A DNA stretch of 32,000 nucleotides from Pseudodesulfovibrio mercurii (GCF_000189295.2 NC_016803.1:2220001-2252000), one strand, 5' to 3'; shown: positions 1 through 8,424, counted from the stretch's first letter. Made by a program: numbers and translations. Notes: generated by a model not told the origin, from the sequence alone.

Positions 1-356
1 ACGACGCCCTGGCCACCTACGCGAAAAAGCTGGAAAAGAAGGAAGGCGAGATCGACTGGAACCGGCCCGCCGAGGCGATCCACAACCAGATTCGGGCCAT
101 GTACCCCTGGCCCGGCGCGTTCTTCGACTGGACCAACCCGGACGGCAAGGTCCTGCGCCTGCTCGTGACGCCGGGCGAAATCTCCGAGGAGTCGGCCCCC
201 AAGGTCGCGCCCGGCACGGTGCTGGGCGAGATGGACGGCAAACTGGCCATCACCACGGCGGACAGGATATACCTGACCCCGGAGGTCAAGCCGCAGGGCA
301 AAAAGGGCATGGACGCCACGGCCTTCACCTGCGGATACATGAAGGAATGCAAGTAG
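1..356 (+). CDS. fmt: methionyl-tRNA formyltransferase, C-terminal part (5' end outside window; codon phase starts at nt 3)
   Basis: Frame 3 is open from the window edge to TAG 354-356. The translation DALATYAKKLEKKEGEIDWNRPAEAIHNQIRAMYPWPGAFF...KPQGKKGMDATAF parallels the E. coli Fmt C-terminal domain (ATYAEKLSKEEARIDW...NPWP...QPAGKKAMSA). Confidence 0.9.
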   Translation, partial: DALATYAKKLEKKEGEIDWNRPAEAIHNQIRAMYPWPGAFFDWTNPDGKVLRLLVTPGEISEESAPKVAPGTVLGEMDGKLAITTADRIYLTPEVKPQGKKGMDATAFTCGYMKECK

Positions 357-1186
357 TCGCCCCCCTGGACCAGCCACGGTCCGTGCACCGGGCGCGCAAG
401 CGCCTGTTCGTCGGATTGATCAGCGTCTCCTGCCTGGTCATGTGCGTGTTCCTGGCCCTGCTCTGGGTGGTGCCGTACATCGGCCTGGACACCATCCACC
501 CGGCGGCCAAGTGGGTTCTCGGCGCGCTGGTCATCGCCCTCATCGGCCTGGTCTGCGTGGCCTACTGGGGGCTGTTCCTGAACATCGTCACCAAAAAGCC
601 CCTGCCCGGCGCGCGCCGTTTCCGGGGGCTGACCATCAAGCTGTTCCTGCCGCTCATGGTCCTGCTGGGCCGGGCCATCGGCATACGCAAGGAACACATC
701 ATGCTGTCGTTCATCTCGGTGAACAACGAGCTGGTCCTGGCCGAGGCCGGACGGTACGCCCCCGGCGAAATCCTCCTGCTCATGCCCCACTGCCTGCAAA
801 ACTCCCGCTGCGACCGGCGGCTGACCTACGACATCAACAACTGCGTGCGCTGCGGCAAGTGCCCTATGGCCGGACTGCTCGAACTGCACGACCGCTACGG
901 CGTGAACCTGGCCATCGCCACGGGCGGGACCGTGGCCCGGCGCATCGTGGTCCAGCTGCGGCCCCGGCTGATCATCGCCGTGGCCTGTTACCGGGACCTC
1001 TCCTCCGGCATCCAGGACACCTACCCCCTGCCGGTCTTCGGCGTGCTCAACGAGCGGCCCCACGGCCCCTGCCTGGACACCACGGTCTCCCTGCCCGTGG
1101 TCGAGAAGATGCTCGGCCGGTTCATCGACCCGAACAAGGCCAAGGACGGCCGGACCATCTCCACGGGCCAGGCAGCCCAAAGCTGA
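347..1186 (+). CDS. DUF116-family membrane protein with Cys-rich C-terminal domain
   Basis: 279-aa ORF overlapping the fmt stop by 10 nt. It has hydrophobic N-terminal helices (LISVSCLVMCVFLALLWVVPYIG, VLGALVIALIGLVCVAYWGLFL), then the Cys motif MPHCLQNSRCDRRLTYDINNCVRCGKCP and IIAVACYRDL, as I recall for DUF116. The exact start codon is uncertain. Confidence 0.7.
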   Translation: MQVVAPLDQPRSVHRARKRLFVGLISVSCLVMCVFLALLWVVPYIGLDTIHPAAKWVLGALVIALIGLVCVAYWGLFLNIVTKKPLPGARRFRGLTIKLFLPLMVLLGRAIGIRKEHIMLSFISVNNELVLAEAGRYAPGEILLLMPHCLQNSRCDRRLTYDINNCVRCGKCPMAGLLELHDRYGVNLAIATGGTVARRIVVQLRPRLIIAVACYRDLSSGIQDTYPLPVFGVLNERPHGPCLDTTVSLPVVEKMLGRFIDPNKAKDGRTISTGQAAQS

Positions 1187-1290
1187 CCCCCCTGCCCCGC
1201 CGCGCGGCGACCATCGCCCGCCCGGCCCACCCTTCCCGCTACCGCCTCCCGCTCGGCCGCGCCCGGCAAACCCCGAGCCTATGCGAACGC

Positions 1291-1320
1291 TTGACTGATC
1301 GATCAGCCCCACGCTAAAAG
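1291..1320 (+). promoter_or_regulatory. candidate sigma-70 promoter TTGACT-N18-TAAAAG with a 12-bp perfect palindrome CTGATCGATCAG (1294-1305) in the spacer
   Basis: TTGACT at 1291-1296 and TAAAAG at 1315-1320, about 100 nt upstream of the Nif11-like ATG. The palindrome was read directly from the sequence. Confidence 0.35.
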
Positions 1321-1427
1321 TAGGGTATTGACTGAGCCCGGCCCATGCGAGTCCATTCCCATGCCAGCCGTCTCGTTTGATCCGACTGGAGCCCTACCCC
1401 ATTGTGTCGCCAACAAGGAGCATCGCC

Positions 1428-1649
1428 ATGTCCAAAAAGGAAGTGGAGCGTCTGCTGATCGCAGGCGGAGAGAATAAGAGCGTCAAGGCCAAGTACAACG
1501 CCATCGCCAGCAAGGAGGCCTTTGTGGCCGCCGCCGCCGAGGATGGGTATGATTTCACCGTCGAGGAGTTGGACGCGGTACTGAAAGAGTCCGGCGACGA
1601 CTTCACCACCTACGGCAATCCCCCCGCCCGCTCCATCTGGTGGGCCTAG
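1428..1649 (+). CDS. Nif11-domain small protein (73 aa; Nif11-like leader-peptide family)
   Basis: ATG 1428 is preceded by AAGGAG (1415-1420, 7-nt spacer). MSKKEVERLLIAGGENKSVKAKYNAIASKEAFVAAAAEDGYDFTVEELDAVL matches the Nif11 / N11P pattern (M-S-x-E-x-L-x-x-F..., A-x-x-x-G-[FY]-D-F-T-x-E-E-L). The upstream part of the 90-aa track ORF lacks an RBS. Confidence 0.7.
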   Translation: MSKKEVERLLIAGGENKSVKAKYNAIASKEAFVAAAAEDGYDFTVEELDAVLKESGDDFTTYGNPPARSIWWA

Positions 1650-1658
1650 TTTTGCGTC

Positions 1659-1689
1659 GCGGGCTCTCAGGTTCCGTCTGAGAGCCCGC
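1659..1689 (+). terminator. hairpin downstream of the Nif11-like gene (12-bp perfect stem GCGGGCTCTCAG / CTGAGAGCCCGC, 7-nt loop)
   Basis: Starts 10 nt after the TAG. It is followed by a weak T-rich stretch (aacggcttctttctc), so intrinsic termination is plausible but not classical. Confidence 0.5.
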
Positions 1690-1741
1690 AACGGCTTCTT
1701 TCTCCCCCCTTCTCTCGTCCCATCTGACGGTGGATGATCCA

Positions 1742-2053
1742 CCTCTTGGTTCGGGCCGCGCATCCGCGACTGAGCTTTGGGTTGTTTTCGTTACATTGCA
1801 TTTCGCCTTTACGGCTACTTCCTTTTTTGCCGGCGCAGAAAAAAGGAAGCAAAAACTGCGCTGCGGTGCTGCCGCGCGCCGACGGACCCAAGAGCCCGTA
1901 GGCGGCTTTCGCTGGTTGTGAGCGAATGCCTGCCGCGCAGACGCGCTCAAACCCGCGCTTTCGCCGCCGAACACGGGCTCTAGGGTCCGTCGCCGATTAC
2001 CGCTCTTCGGGTGCGAGGAGTGGGCCGGGGCGGATGGCCGGGTACGAAGAGGT
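1742..2053. repeat. copy 1 of a ~312-bp repeat unit (MITE-like: starts ACCTCTT, ends AAGAGGT; internal hairpin 1818-1849)
   Basis: Manual alignment with 2131-2442 at a constant offset of 389 bp. There are no indels in the core and about 20-25 mismatches, mostly transitions. Confidence 0.85.
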
Positions 2054-2130
2054 CTGAGGTCGAGAAGTTGTCCGCGCTGGCGCGAGCGGGGTTGTGGCGG
2101 ATCGCCTGCGGCAGGCTTGGGAGGGAGAGA

Positions 2131-2442
2131 CTCCTTGGATTTGTCCGCGCATCCGCGTCGGGGCTTTGGGTTGTTTTCGTTACATCGTGTTTCGCCTTTA
2201 CGGCGACTTCCTTTTTTGCCGGCGCAGAAAAAAGGAAGCAAAAACTGCGCTGCGGTGCTGCCGCCCGCCGACGGACCCAAGAGCCCGTAAGCGGCTTTCG
2301 CTGGTTGTGAGCGAATGTCTGCCGCGCAGGCGCGCTCAAACCCGCGCTTTCGCCGCCGGACACGGGCTCTAGGGTCCGCCGCCGATTACCGCTCTTCGGG
2401 TGTGGGGAGTGGGCCGGGGCGGATGGCCGGGTACGAAGAGGT
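2131..2442. repeat. copy 2 of the ~312-bp repeat unit (internal hairpin 2207-2238)
   Basis: Same as copy 1. The hairpin CTTCCTTTTTT-N10-AAAAAAGGAAG is identical in both copies. The 5' end (ACTCCTTGGATTTGTCC) is more diverged than in copy 1. Confidence 0.85.
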
Positions 2443-3163
2443 GGGGGGCGGTGAGGTTGGCCGCGCTCGCGCGGTTGAGGTTGGGGGCCTCGTCTGTGGG
2501 CGCTTGTAAGGGATGCCGTTGGTTTAACCTCGCTCGCACCACAGGGGTGTGGCGGATCGCCTTGGCGACGGCCACCGAAACGCAGGTGAAGCGCGTCGCA
2601 GGATGCTCAGGAAAGCCCCCCGCATCCCCTCCCCCTATCATGGCTCTTCCAACGAAAATTTCCGCCTACTGCCTTACCTCCAATCCGACAGCCTCCCAAC
2701 CGCGCCCACTGGAGCGATTCGGGTGCCCCCGGCACCCGACAGCGGCTCTCCGCCCCGCCCCCCGGCCCGCCCTCCCGCGTCCCACCGCCACTCTTCAATC
2801 ACCCAACCAGCCCTGGAGGGGGCGCGTAGAAGCCGACCGCGAAGGGGTGGCGGCTCTTGTCCCTTCGAGGCTCGGTCTCCCCCAAAAGAGGCCATTCCGC
2901 TCCGGGAGTCGCACTATACTTTTGCTCAGATGGAGCCGCCCCGAGCGGATCGGATTCTTGCGACCCCTCCCCGGGCGGCCGTGCTACCCCCCAAGGCCTT
3001 TTTTTTCGTCTATTTTTTTGGGCCAGCAAAAAAATGGACCCCGCCGGGAGGGCATGGAGCAATGTGTGGGGCGCAGCCCCGCACGACGGCTCTCGCGCCG
3101 CAGGCGCGTTCTTTGGAGCGAGCGGGCTTCGCCCGCAAAGCGGCTCTCTCCCCCCGCAAGGCG

Positions 3164-3204
3164 CAAAAAAAGGACGCGGTCACACCAGACCGCGTCCTGT
3201 TTTT
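3164..3204 (-). terminator. rho-independent terminator of hisG (shape is bidirectional)
   Basis: 11-bp perfect stem AGGACGCGGTC (3171-3181) / GACCGCGTCCT (3188-3198) with a 6-nt loop. On the minus strand it is followed by T7 (complement of A7 at 3164-3170). On the plus strand it is followed by GTTTTT. Confidence 0.85.
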
Positions 3205-3225
3205 ACGCTCCGTCGCGAACGACGA

Positions 3226-4104
3226 CTAAATAACCTTGTTCAACGGATACTCGATGATCCCCTCGGCGCCGAAGGCGACAAGTTTCGGAATCAACTCCCG
3301 GACGATCTTCTCCTCGACCATGACCTCGACGGACAGCCAGTTGGGGTCCTGCAACTCGGCCACGGTGGGGGAGTTCAAGGACGGCAGGGTGCCGTTCAGC
3401 TCCGGCAGCTTGTCCTTGGGCAGGTTCATCTTGAGACCGACCATCTTGCCCGCGCGCAGCGCGCCCTGGAGCAGCATGTTGATCTCCTCGATGAGCTGGC
3501 GCTTCCTGGGATCGGCCCAGGCGTCCTTGTTGGCGATGATCTGGGTGTTGGTCTGCATCAGCTCGGCGATGATCCGCAGGCCGTTGGCCTTGATGGTCGT
3601 GCCGGTCTCGGTGATCTCCACGATGCCGTCGCACAGCCCCTCGACCACCTTGGCCTCGGTGGTGCCCCAGGAAAAGGACACGTCCACGTTGATGCCCATG
3701 GACTCGAAGTACTCCTTGGTGAAGCCCATGAGCTCGGTGGAGATCTTCTTGCCCTCCAGGTCCTCGGGCCGCCGGTACGGGGAGTCGCCGCGCACGCACA
3801 GCACCCAGCGGGCCTTGCGGTTGCTGACCTTGGAGTAGATCAGGTCATCGACCACGACCACGTCGGACTTGTTCTCGCGGATCCAGTCCATGCCGGTCAG
3901 GCCGACGTCGAAGGTGCCGTTCTCCACGTACATGGACATCTCCTGGGCGCGGGCCAGGGAGCACTTGATGCGGTTGTCGTCGATATCCGGGAAGTCGTTG
4001 CGCTCGTGCAGCTTGATCTTCCAGCCCGCCTTTTCGAAAAGCTTTATGGTCGCGTCCTGGAGGGAGCCCTTGGGAACGCCGAGTCGGAGAAATTGTTCAC
4101 TCAT
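3226..4104 (-). CDS. hisG: ATP phosphoribosyltransferase, long form
   Basis: 292 aa: [28 protein letters not shown]...[27 protein letters not shown]... The length includes the C-terminal regulatory domain, typical of HisG-L. The start overlaps the hisI stop by 4 nt. Confidence 0.93.
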   Translation of the reverse strand: MSEQFLRLGVPKGSLQDATIKLFEKAGWKIKLHERNDFPDIDDNRIKCSLARAQEMSMYVENGTFDVGLTGMDWIRENKSDVVVVDDLIYSKVSNRKARWVLCVRGDSPYRRPEDLEGKKISTELMGFTKEYFESMGINVDVSFSWGTTEAKVVEGLCDGIVEITETGTTIKANGLRIIAELMQTNTQIIANKDAWADPRKRQLIEEINMLLQGALRAGKMVGLKMNLPKDKLPELNGTLPSLNSPTVAELQDPNWLSVEVMVEEKIVRELIPKLVAFGAEGIIEYPLNKVI

Positions 4105-4478
4105 TTCTTATATACCTCTTTGGGGTCGAAGACGTGGGGCGCGCATTCGCTGACCACGCCGTCCTTGATTTCGCGGTAGAAGCAGGAGCGGTAGCCCTTG
4201 TGGCAGGCCGCACCGCCGATCTGTTCGATCAGAAGTACCAAGGTGTCGTCGTCGCAGTCAATGCGGATGGACTTCACCTTCTGCGTATGGCCCGAGGTAC
4301 CGCCCTTATGCCATATCTCCTGACGGCTGCGGCTCCAGTAATGGGCCTCGCCGGTTTCCAGGGTCCTGTTCCAGGCTTCTTCATTCATGTAGGCCATCAT
4401 CAGGATTTCGCCTGTCTCGGCGTCCTGGGCGATGGCGGGCACAAGGCCTTTCATCTTCTCGAAATCGGGTCTGATCAC
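4101..4478 (-). CDS. hisI: phosphoribosyl-AMP cyclohydrolase (monofunctional)
   Basis: 125 aa: [57 protein letters not shown]...[28 protein letters not shown] is the HisI signature. GTG start with GAGG 9 nt upstream. Confidence 0.93.
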   Translation of the reverse strand: MIRPDFEKMKGLVPAIAQDAETGEILMMAYMNEEAWNRTLETGEAHYWSRSRQEIWHKGGTSGHTQKVKSIRIDCDDDTLVLLIEQIGGAACHKGYRSCFYREIKDGVVSECAPHVFDPKEVYKK

Positions 4479-4590
4479 TTGCGGTACCTCGTATCAGATG
4501 TGTTTCAGCGGCCCGGGATTGGGCCGGGGCAGGCTATATAGCCAATGCCGTGCCAAAGCGCAACCTGCGCGCCCGGACGTCACCCGATCG

Positions 4591-5628
4591 TCATCGGCGG
4601 TCCCGCTCCCGGAGCATCTTGACCGTGAGCTTGCCCATGCCCCGGGCCGCGAAGCCGATGCCGTAGACGAAGAAGACCACGGCCACGGCCAGGGAGATGC
4701 GCGAAAGGGGGTCGCCGGGGGTGCCCATGTGGGCCGCGCCCGCCAGGGCGCAGAACACGCCCATGAGGCACAGGGCGGAAAAGAGCAGGTCCATGGGCGC
4801 GGTCTCGTCCCGGCAGGCCTTGATCCACCGCCCGACCCGGCTGCGACTGACGGTCGGGTCCAGGGCGCCCACCCGGTTGGGCAGGTCCCGGCTGAAGCCG
4901 AAGCTCGGGGGCGCCTGCTCGCGCTGCCGGGCCTTCATGGACCGGGTCAGCACGGCCACGTACTGGACCAGGACGAACAGGACCACGACGAAAAACGCGT
5001 CCAGGCCGAGGGAGACGGGCTCGGGGATGGCGTAGTCCATGGACGCGGCCGCCCGGAAGGTCAGGGGCGCGAAGTCGTACAGCCCGTGGAAGAGGATGGA
5101 GAGCAGCAGGGCCTTGACGTACAGCCCGCTGCGCTCGCCGCGCGAAAAGGCGGCCTGCCCCACGTGGTAGCCCATGACCGCGCCGACCAGGGCGTGGCAG
5201 GGCACGGCCAGAAAGGCGCGGCCCACGGCCACGTGCAGGCCGCCGTCCAGGACGTAGAGCAGGTTCTCGGCCGTGGCGAATCCGAGGGACACGGTCACGC
5301 CGTAGACGATGCCGTCCATGGGCTCGTCAAAGGCCGGGTGGTTGACGCAGTAGCGCCTGAGCACGATGAACTTGAGGGCCTCCTCGGGCAGGGCGGCCAT
5401 GAGAAAGGCGTGGCTCGCGCCGACAATGTAGGGGTTGTCCGCAGGCAGGCCCGAGGCCACCAGGGACAGGAAGGGAAAGAGCAGGTAGATGCCCAGGACG
5501 ATGAGCACGCCCAGGAGAAAGGACGAGACCAGGGCCCCGGCCGGTTCCGGATACTTGTCGCTCGACACGAAGAGCCAGAGCAGCACGGCGGACGGCACAA
5601 CAGCCATGAGGAAGAGCAGAAAATCCAC
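4591..5628 (-). CDS. PrsW-family intramembrane metalloprotease
   Basis: Carries the motifs ALPEEALKF, GIVYGVTVSLGFATAEN, CHALVGAVMGY and HGLYDF, which align with B. subtilis PrsW (EESLKW, GASVSLGFATLEN, SHALIGVIMG, HGSYDF). I prefer the GTG at 5628, whose N-terminus (M/V)DFLLFLMAVVPSAVLL aligns with PrsW MFAIISAGIAPGIALL. The ATG at 5607 is an alternative. The track start at 5742 adds 38 codons with non-coding-like third positions. Confidence 0.8.
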   Translation of the reverse strand: MDFLLFLMAVVPSAVLLWLFVSSDKYPEPAGALVSSFLLGVLIVLGIYLLFPFLSLVASGLPADNPYIVGASHAFLMAALPEEALKFIVLRRYCVNHPAFDEPMDGIVYGVTVSLGFATAENLLYVLDGGLHVAVGRAFLAVPCHALVGAVMGYHVGQAAFSRGERSGLYVKALLLSILFHGLYDFAPLTFRAAASMDYAIPEPVSLGLDAFFVVVLFVLVQYVAVLTRSMKARQREQAPPSFGFSRDLPNRVGALDPTVSRSRVGRWIKACRDETAPMDLLFSALCLMGVFCALAGAAHMGTPGDPLSRISLAVAVVFFVYGIGFAARGMGKLTVKMLRERDRR

Positions 5629-5759
5629 GGGAAGCCCCTGTTCGGGTTGATGGCGACCCGTATCGGATAACCGACGCCGGGCCGGGCGGTCAATGTTTAC
5701 CCCCCGGCAGGAATCTGCTAAACCACGCCTCACGCAACCCATACAAGGAGATCACGGAC

Positions 5760-6920
5760 ATGCCCGTTCGTTCCAAAGATAATTTTCTGGTTTTCGGCGC
5801 GCCCCTCATCGGGCAGGAGGAGATCGACGAGGTCGTGGACTCCATGAAGTCCGGCTGGCTCGGCACCGGCCCCAAGGTGGCCCGGTTCGAGAAGGAATTC
5901 TCGGCCTATGTCGGGGCCTCCCACGCCGCGGCCTGCAACTCCTGCACGGCCGCCCTGCACCTCTCCCTGGTTGCCCTGGGGCTTCAGCCCGGCGACGAGG
6001 TCATCACCACGCCGCTGACCTTCTGCGCCTCGGTCAACGCCATCATCCACGCCGGGGGCACGCCCGTGCTGGCCGACGTGGACCCGGTCACCCAGAACAT
6101 CGACCCGGACTGCATCCGCGAGAAGATCACCCCGCGCACCAGGGCCATCCTGCCCGTGCACTTCGCGGGCCGGTCCTGCGACATGGACCCGATCATGGCC
6201 ATTGCCGAAGAGCACGGCCTGAAGGTGGTCGAGGACTGCGCCCACGCCATCGAGACCACCTACAAGGGGCGGCACGCGGGCACCTTCGGCGACTTCGGCT
6301 GCTTCTCGTTCTACGTGACCAAGAACGTCTGCACCGGCGAGGGCGGCATGGTCATCGCCCGCGAGGAGGCGGACATCCAGGACATCAAGGTGCTGGGCCT
6401 GCACGGCATGTCGGCCGACGCCTGGAAGCGGTTCTCGGACGAGGGCTACAAGCACTACCAGGTGATCCACGCCGGGTTCAAATACAACATGATGGACCTC
6501 CAGGCGGCCATCGGCATCCACCAGCTGGAGCGGGTGGAGGAGAACTTCAAGCGGCGCTGCGAGATCTGGGACATGTACCAGGAGGCCTTCCGCGCCCTGC
6601 CCGTGGGCACCCCGGCCCCGGAGGAGCCCGACACCCGCCACGCCCGGCACCTCTACACCCTGATGATCGACCCCGTGGCCTGCGGGCTGGACCGCGACCA
6701 GTTCCTGGTCCGGCTGACCAAGGAGAACATCGGCGCGGGCGTGCACTACCTGGCCATCCCCGAGCACCCCTACTACCGGGACCGCTACGGCTGGAAGCTG
6801 GAGGACACCCCCCACGCCGTGGCCCTGGGCCGCGAGACCCTGAGCCTGCCGCTGTCGGCCAAGCTGACCGACGCCGACGTGGCCGACGTCATCAAGGCCG
6901 TGAATATCTGCCTGGAATAG
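5760..6920 (+). CDS. DegT/DnrJ/EryC1/StrS-family PLP-dependent sugar aminotransferase
   Basis: 386 aa. AAGGAG lies 10 nt upstream of the ATG. NFLVFGAPLIGQEEIDEVVDSMKSGWLGTGPKV..FE.EF, DEVITTPLTF and the active-site Lys context FSFYVTKNVCTGEGGM are characteristic of this family. Confidence 0.88.
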   Translation: MPVRSKDNFLVFGAPLIGQEEIDEVVDSMKSGWLGTGPKVARFEKEFSAYVGASHAAACNSCTAALHLSLVALGLQPGDEVITTPLTFCASVNAIIHAGGTPVLADVDPVTQNIDPDCIREKITPRTRAILPVHFAGRSCDMDPIMAIAEEHGLKVVEDCAHAIETTYKGRHAGTFGDFGCFSFYVTKNVCTGEGGMVIAREEADIQDIKVLGLHGMSADAWKRFSDEGYKHYQVIHAGFKYNMMDLQAAIGIHQLERVEENFKRRCEIWDMYQEAFRALPVGTPAPEEPDTRHARHLYTLMIDPVACGLDRDQFLVRLTKENIGAGVHYLAIPEHPYYRDRYGWKLEDTPHAVALGRETLSLPLSAKLTDADVADVIKAVNICLE

Positions 6921-6930
6921 TGTGAGTCCC

Positions 6931-7078
6931 GCGCCGAAGGCGCATACTGGGGTGCAGGGGTATAGCCCCTGCCCGCCGGAGGCGACAAATCCGCAGGACA
7001 GCGGATTTGGACCGCGCCCGACAAGGCGCGACCCCGAAGGGGTGAGCCCTAGGACGGGGCGAATCAAGTCACCCGTCC
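6931..7078. other. chain of six short GC-rich hairpins in a convergent intergenic region
   Basis: Stems read directly: 6931-6943 (GCGCC/GGCGC), 6954-6972 (GCAGGGG/CCCCTGC), 6987-7008 (AAATCCGC/GCGGATTT), 7013-7030 (CGCGCC/GGCGCG), 7032-7042 (CCCC/GGGG), 7052-7078 (GGACGGG/CCCGTCC). Confidence 0.7.
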
Positions 7079-7112
7079 CTCGCCGCGTAGCGACCTTCAA
7101 CTTCTGATTTAG

Positions 7113-8300
7113 TTACTCGGTCCCGGCCACCTGGTTGCGGCCGCCGGCCTTGGCGGCGGACAGGTATTGGTCGGCGCGGGAGACCATGGACGCGGCGCTG
7201 TCCAGGTCGACGTTGTCGGCCAGTCCCATGGAGATGGTCACCTTGAGGCCGGGGTGGAACTCGTCCCAGGGGTAGGCCTCCACGGCCCGGCGGATGTTTT
7301 CACAGGCGATGGCGGCCCGGTCCCGGGCGGTGTTGGTGAACAGGACCACGAACTCCTCGCCGCCGTAGCGGGCGACCACGTCGCTCTTGCGGGTGTGCCT
7401 GGTGAACAGTTCGGCCACCTTTTCCAGGACCATGTCCCCGACCTCGCGCGAGAAGTTGTCGTTCAGGACGCGGAAGTGATCCAGGTCGCCCATCATGACG
7501 GACATGGGCTGTTCGTAGCGCCTGGCGCTCTCGAAGAACTGCCGGGCCTGCTCGTCGAAATGGCGGCGGTTGTACAGGTTTGTCTGGGGGTCGATCACGG
7601 CCAGTTCGCTCAGTTCGAAGCGGCAGCGGGCCAGCTCCCGACTCATGAGGTTGTAGTTCTCGGCCAGTTCGCCCAGTTCGTCGTCCGAGGTGATCTCGAT
7701 GCACTGCGCGCCGCCCTCTTCGCCGCATGCCTGGCGTACGGATTCGAGCAGCCGGCAGGTCGGCCGCCCCTGCCGCCAGGCAAGGGCCGACCCCAGGAGC
7801 GCGGCCAGGACGGCGGCGCAGGCCGCGCCGCCGAGCAGGGCGGCGTCGGTCATGCCGAGAAAATTCGCGTCTTCCCTGACCAGCCGGGCCAGGCCGGTAT
7901 GGGCCACCAGGGCCTGGGTCCTGCCGTCCACGGTCACGGGCTCGGCGTCGGCCAGGACCTCGCCGGGAACGGTGTCCCCGGCCTTGTACCGTCCGGCCGG
8001 AAACAGGACCGTGCCGTCCGGGTCCATGACCAGGAAGCGGAACGGCTGGCCCTGCCATTGCCGGGTCGCGTCGAGCGGGGCCGCGAAGGTGCTGAACGGC
8101 TCTTCGTGCAGAGCCCGGTCCAGGCCGCCGTGCCGGGCGGCGTAGTCCGTCAGGTCCGCGCGGAACTCCCGGAATTCCTGGCGCAGGACATAGTCCTCGA
8201 AGTCGCCGCGGATCCATTGCCGGGCAACGAGGACGGCCGTCAGGCAGCCGACGAGACCGATGACGACGTAGCTCGCGGTCAGCTTGGTTCGAATGTGCAT
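7113..8300 (-). CDS. membrane-bound diguanylate cyclase (two TM helices flanking a periplasmic sensor domain, a linker, then GGDEF with an RxxD I-site)
   Basis: 395 aa. TM helices TASYVVIGLVGCLTAVLVA and LLGGAACAAVLAALLGSALAW. GGDEF domain with NRRHFDEQ and an active site RKSDVVARYGGEEF that matches the RxxD-X5-GGEEF arrangement of PleD. Confidence 0.9.
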   Translation of the reverse strand: MHIRTKLTASYVVIGLVGCLTAVLVARQWIRGDFEDYVLRQEFREFRADLTDYAARHGGLDRALHEEPFSTFAAPLDATRQWQGQPFRFLVMDPDGTVLFPAGRYKAGDTVPGEVLADAEPVTVDGRTQALVAHTGLARLVREDANFLGMTDAALLGGAACAAVLAALLGSALAWRQGRPTCRLLESVRQACGEEGGAQCIEITSDDELGELAENYNLMSRELARCRFELSELAVIDPQTNLYNRRHFDEQARQFFESARRYEQPMSVMMGDLDHFRVLNDNFSREVGDMVLEKVAELFTRHTRKSDVVARYGGEEFVVLFTNTARDRAAIACENIRRAVEAYPWDEFHPGLKVTISMGLADNVDLDSAASMVSRADQYLSAAKAGGRNQVAGTE

Positions 8301-8398
8301 GGATGGGTCCCCCGGTTCACCATATCGGCAAGGCTTTTTTCACTGTTGTCACCTTTGCCCAAGTCGCGGCCCGAGTCAATTATTACCGGCCTTGCAAC

Positions 8399-8424
8399 GA
8401 AAAAGGCCCGGCAAACCGGGCCCT
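8399..8424 (-). terminator. rho-independent terminator of the 71-aa gene
   Basis: The minus strand reads GGGCCCGG-TTTG-CCGGGCC followed by TTTTT, starting about 20 nt after the stop codon at 8445. Confidence 0.8.

Noticed and set aside
1742-2600. Possible CRISPR array or DGR template/variable repeat pair
   Set aside because: The period is 389 bp with only two good copies, so there are no short repeat-spacer units and this is not a CRISPR. Mismatches between copies are mixed transitions rather than adenine-specific, and no reverse transcriptase is nearby, so it is not a DGR.
1603-2641. ORFs of 63-225 aa inside the tandem repeat (both strands). One frame is preserved in both copies and gives a TM-like LWVVFVT..FAFTATSFFAGAEKRKQKLR peptide.
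   Set aside because: Several frames on both strands are simultaneously open in both copies. No SD-start pair is present, and the perfect hairpin lies inside the putative coding region. The few differences between copies are not clearly synonymous-biased. I treat the region as non-coding unless homolog analysis says otherwise.
4541-4555. sigma-54-like element TGGCAC-GGCAT-TGGC on the minus strand, about 60 nt upstream of hisI
   Set aside because: The -24 box is good, but the -12 box is TGGC rather than TTGC. No activator gene or enhancer-like palindrome is nearby, and histidine biosynthesis is not a known sigma-54 target. A match of this quality is expected by chance roughly once in a GC-rich window of this size.
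7085-7098. 14-nt exact match GCGTAGCGACCTTC shared with 9608-9621 (at the response-regulator stop codon)
   Set aside because: One or more 14-mer coincidences are expected by chance within 32 kb on two strands. The flanks do not extend the similarity.
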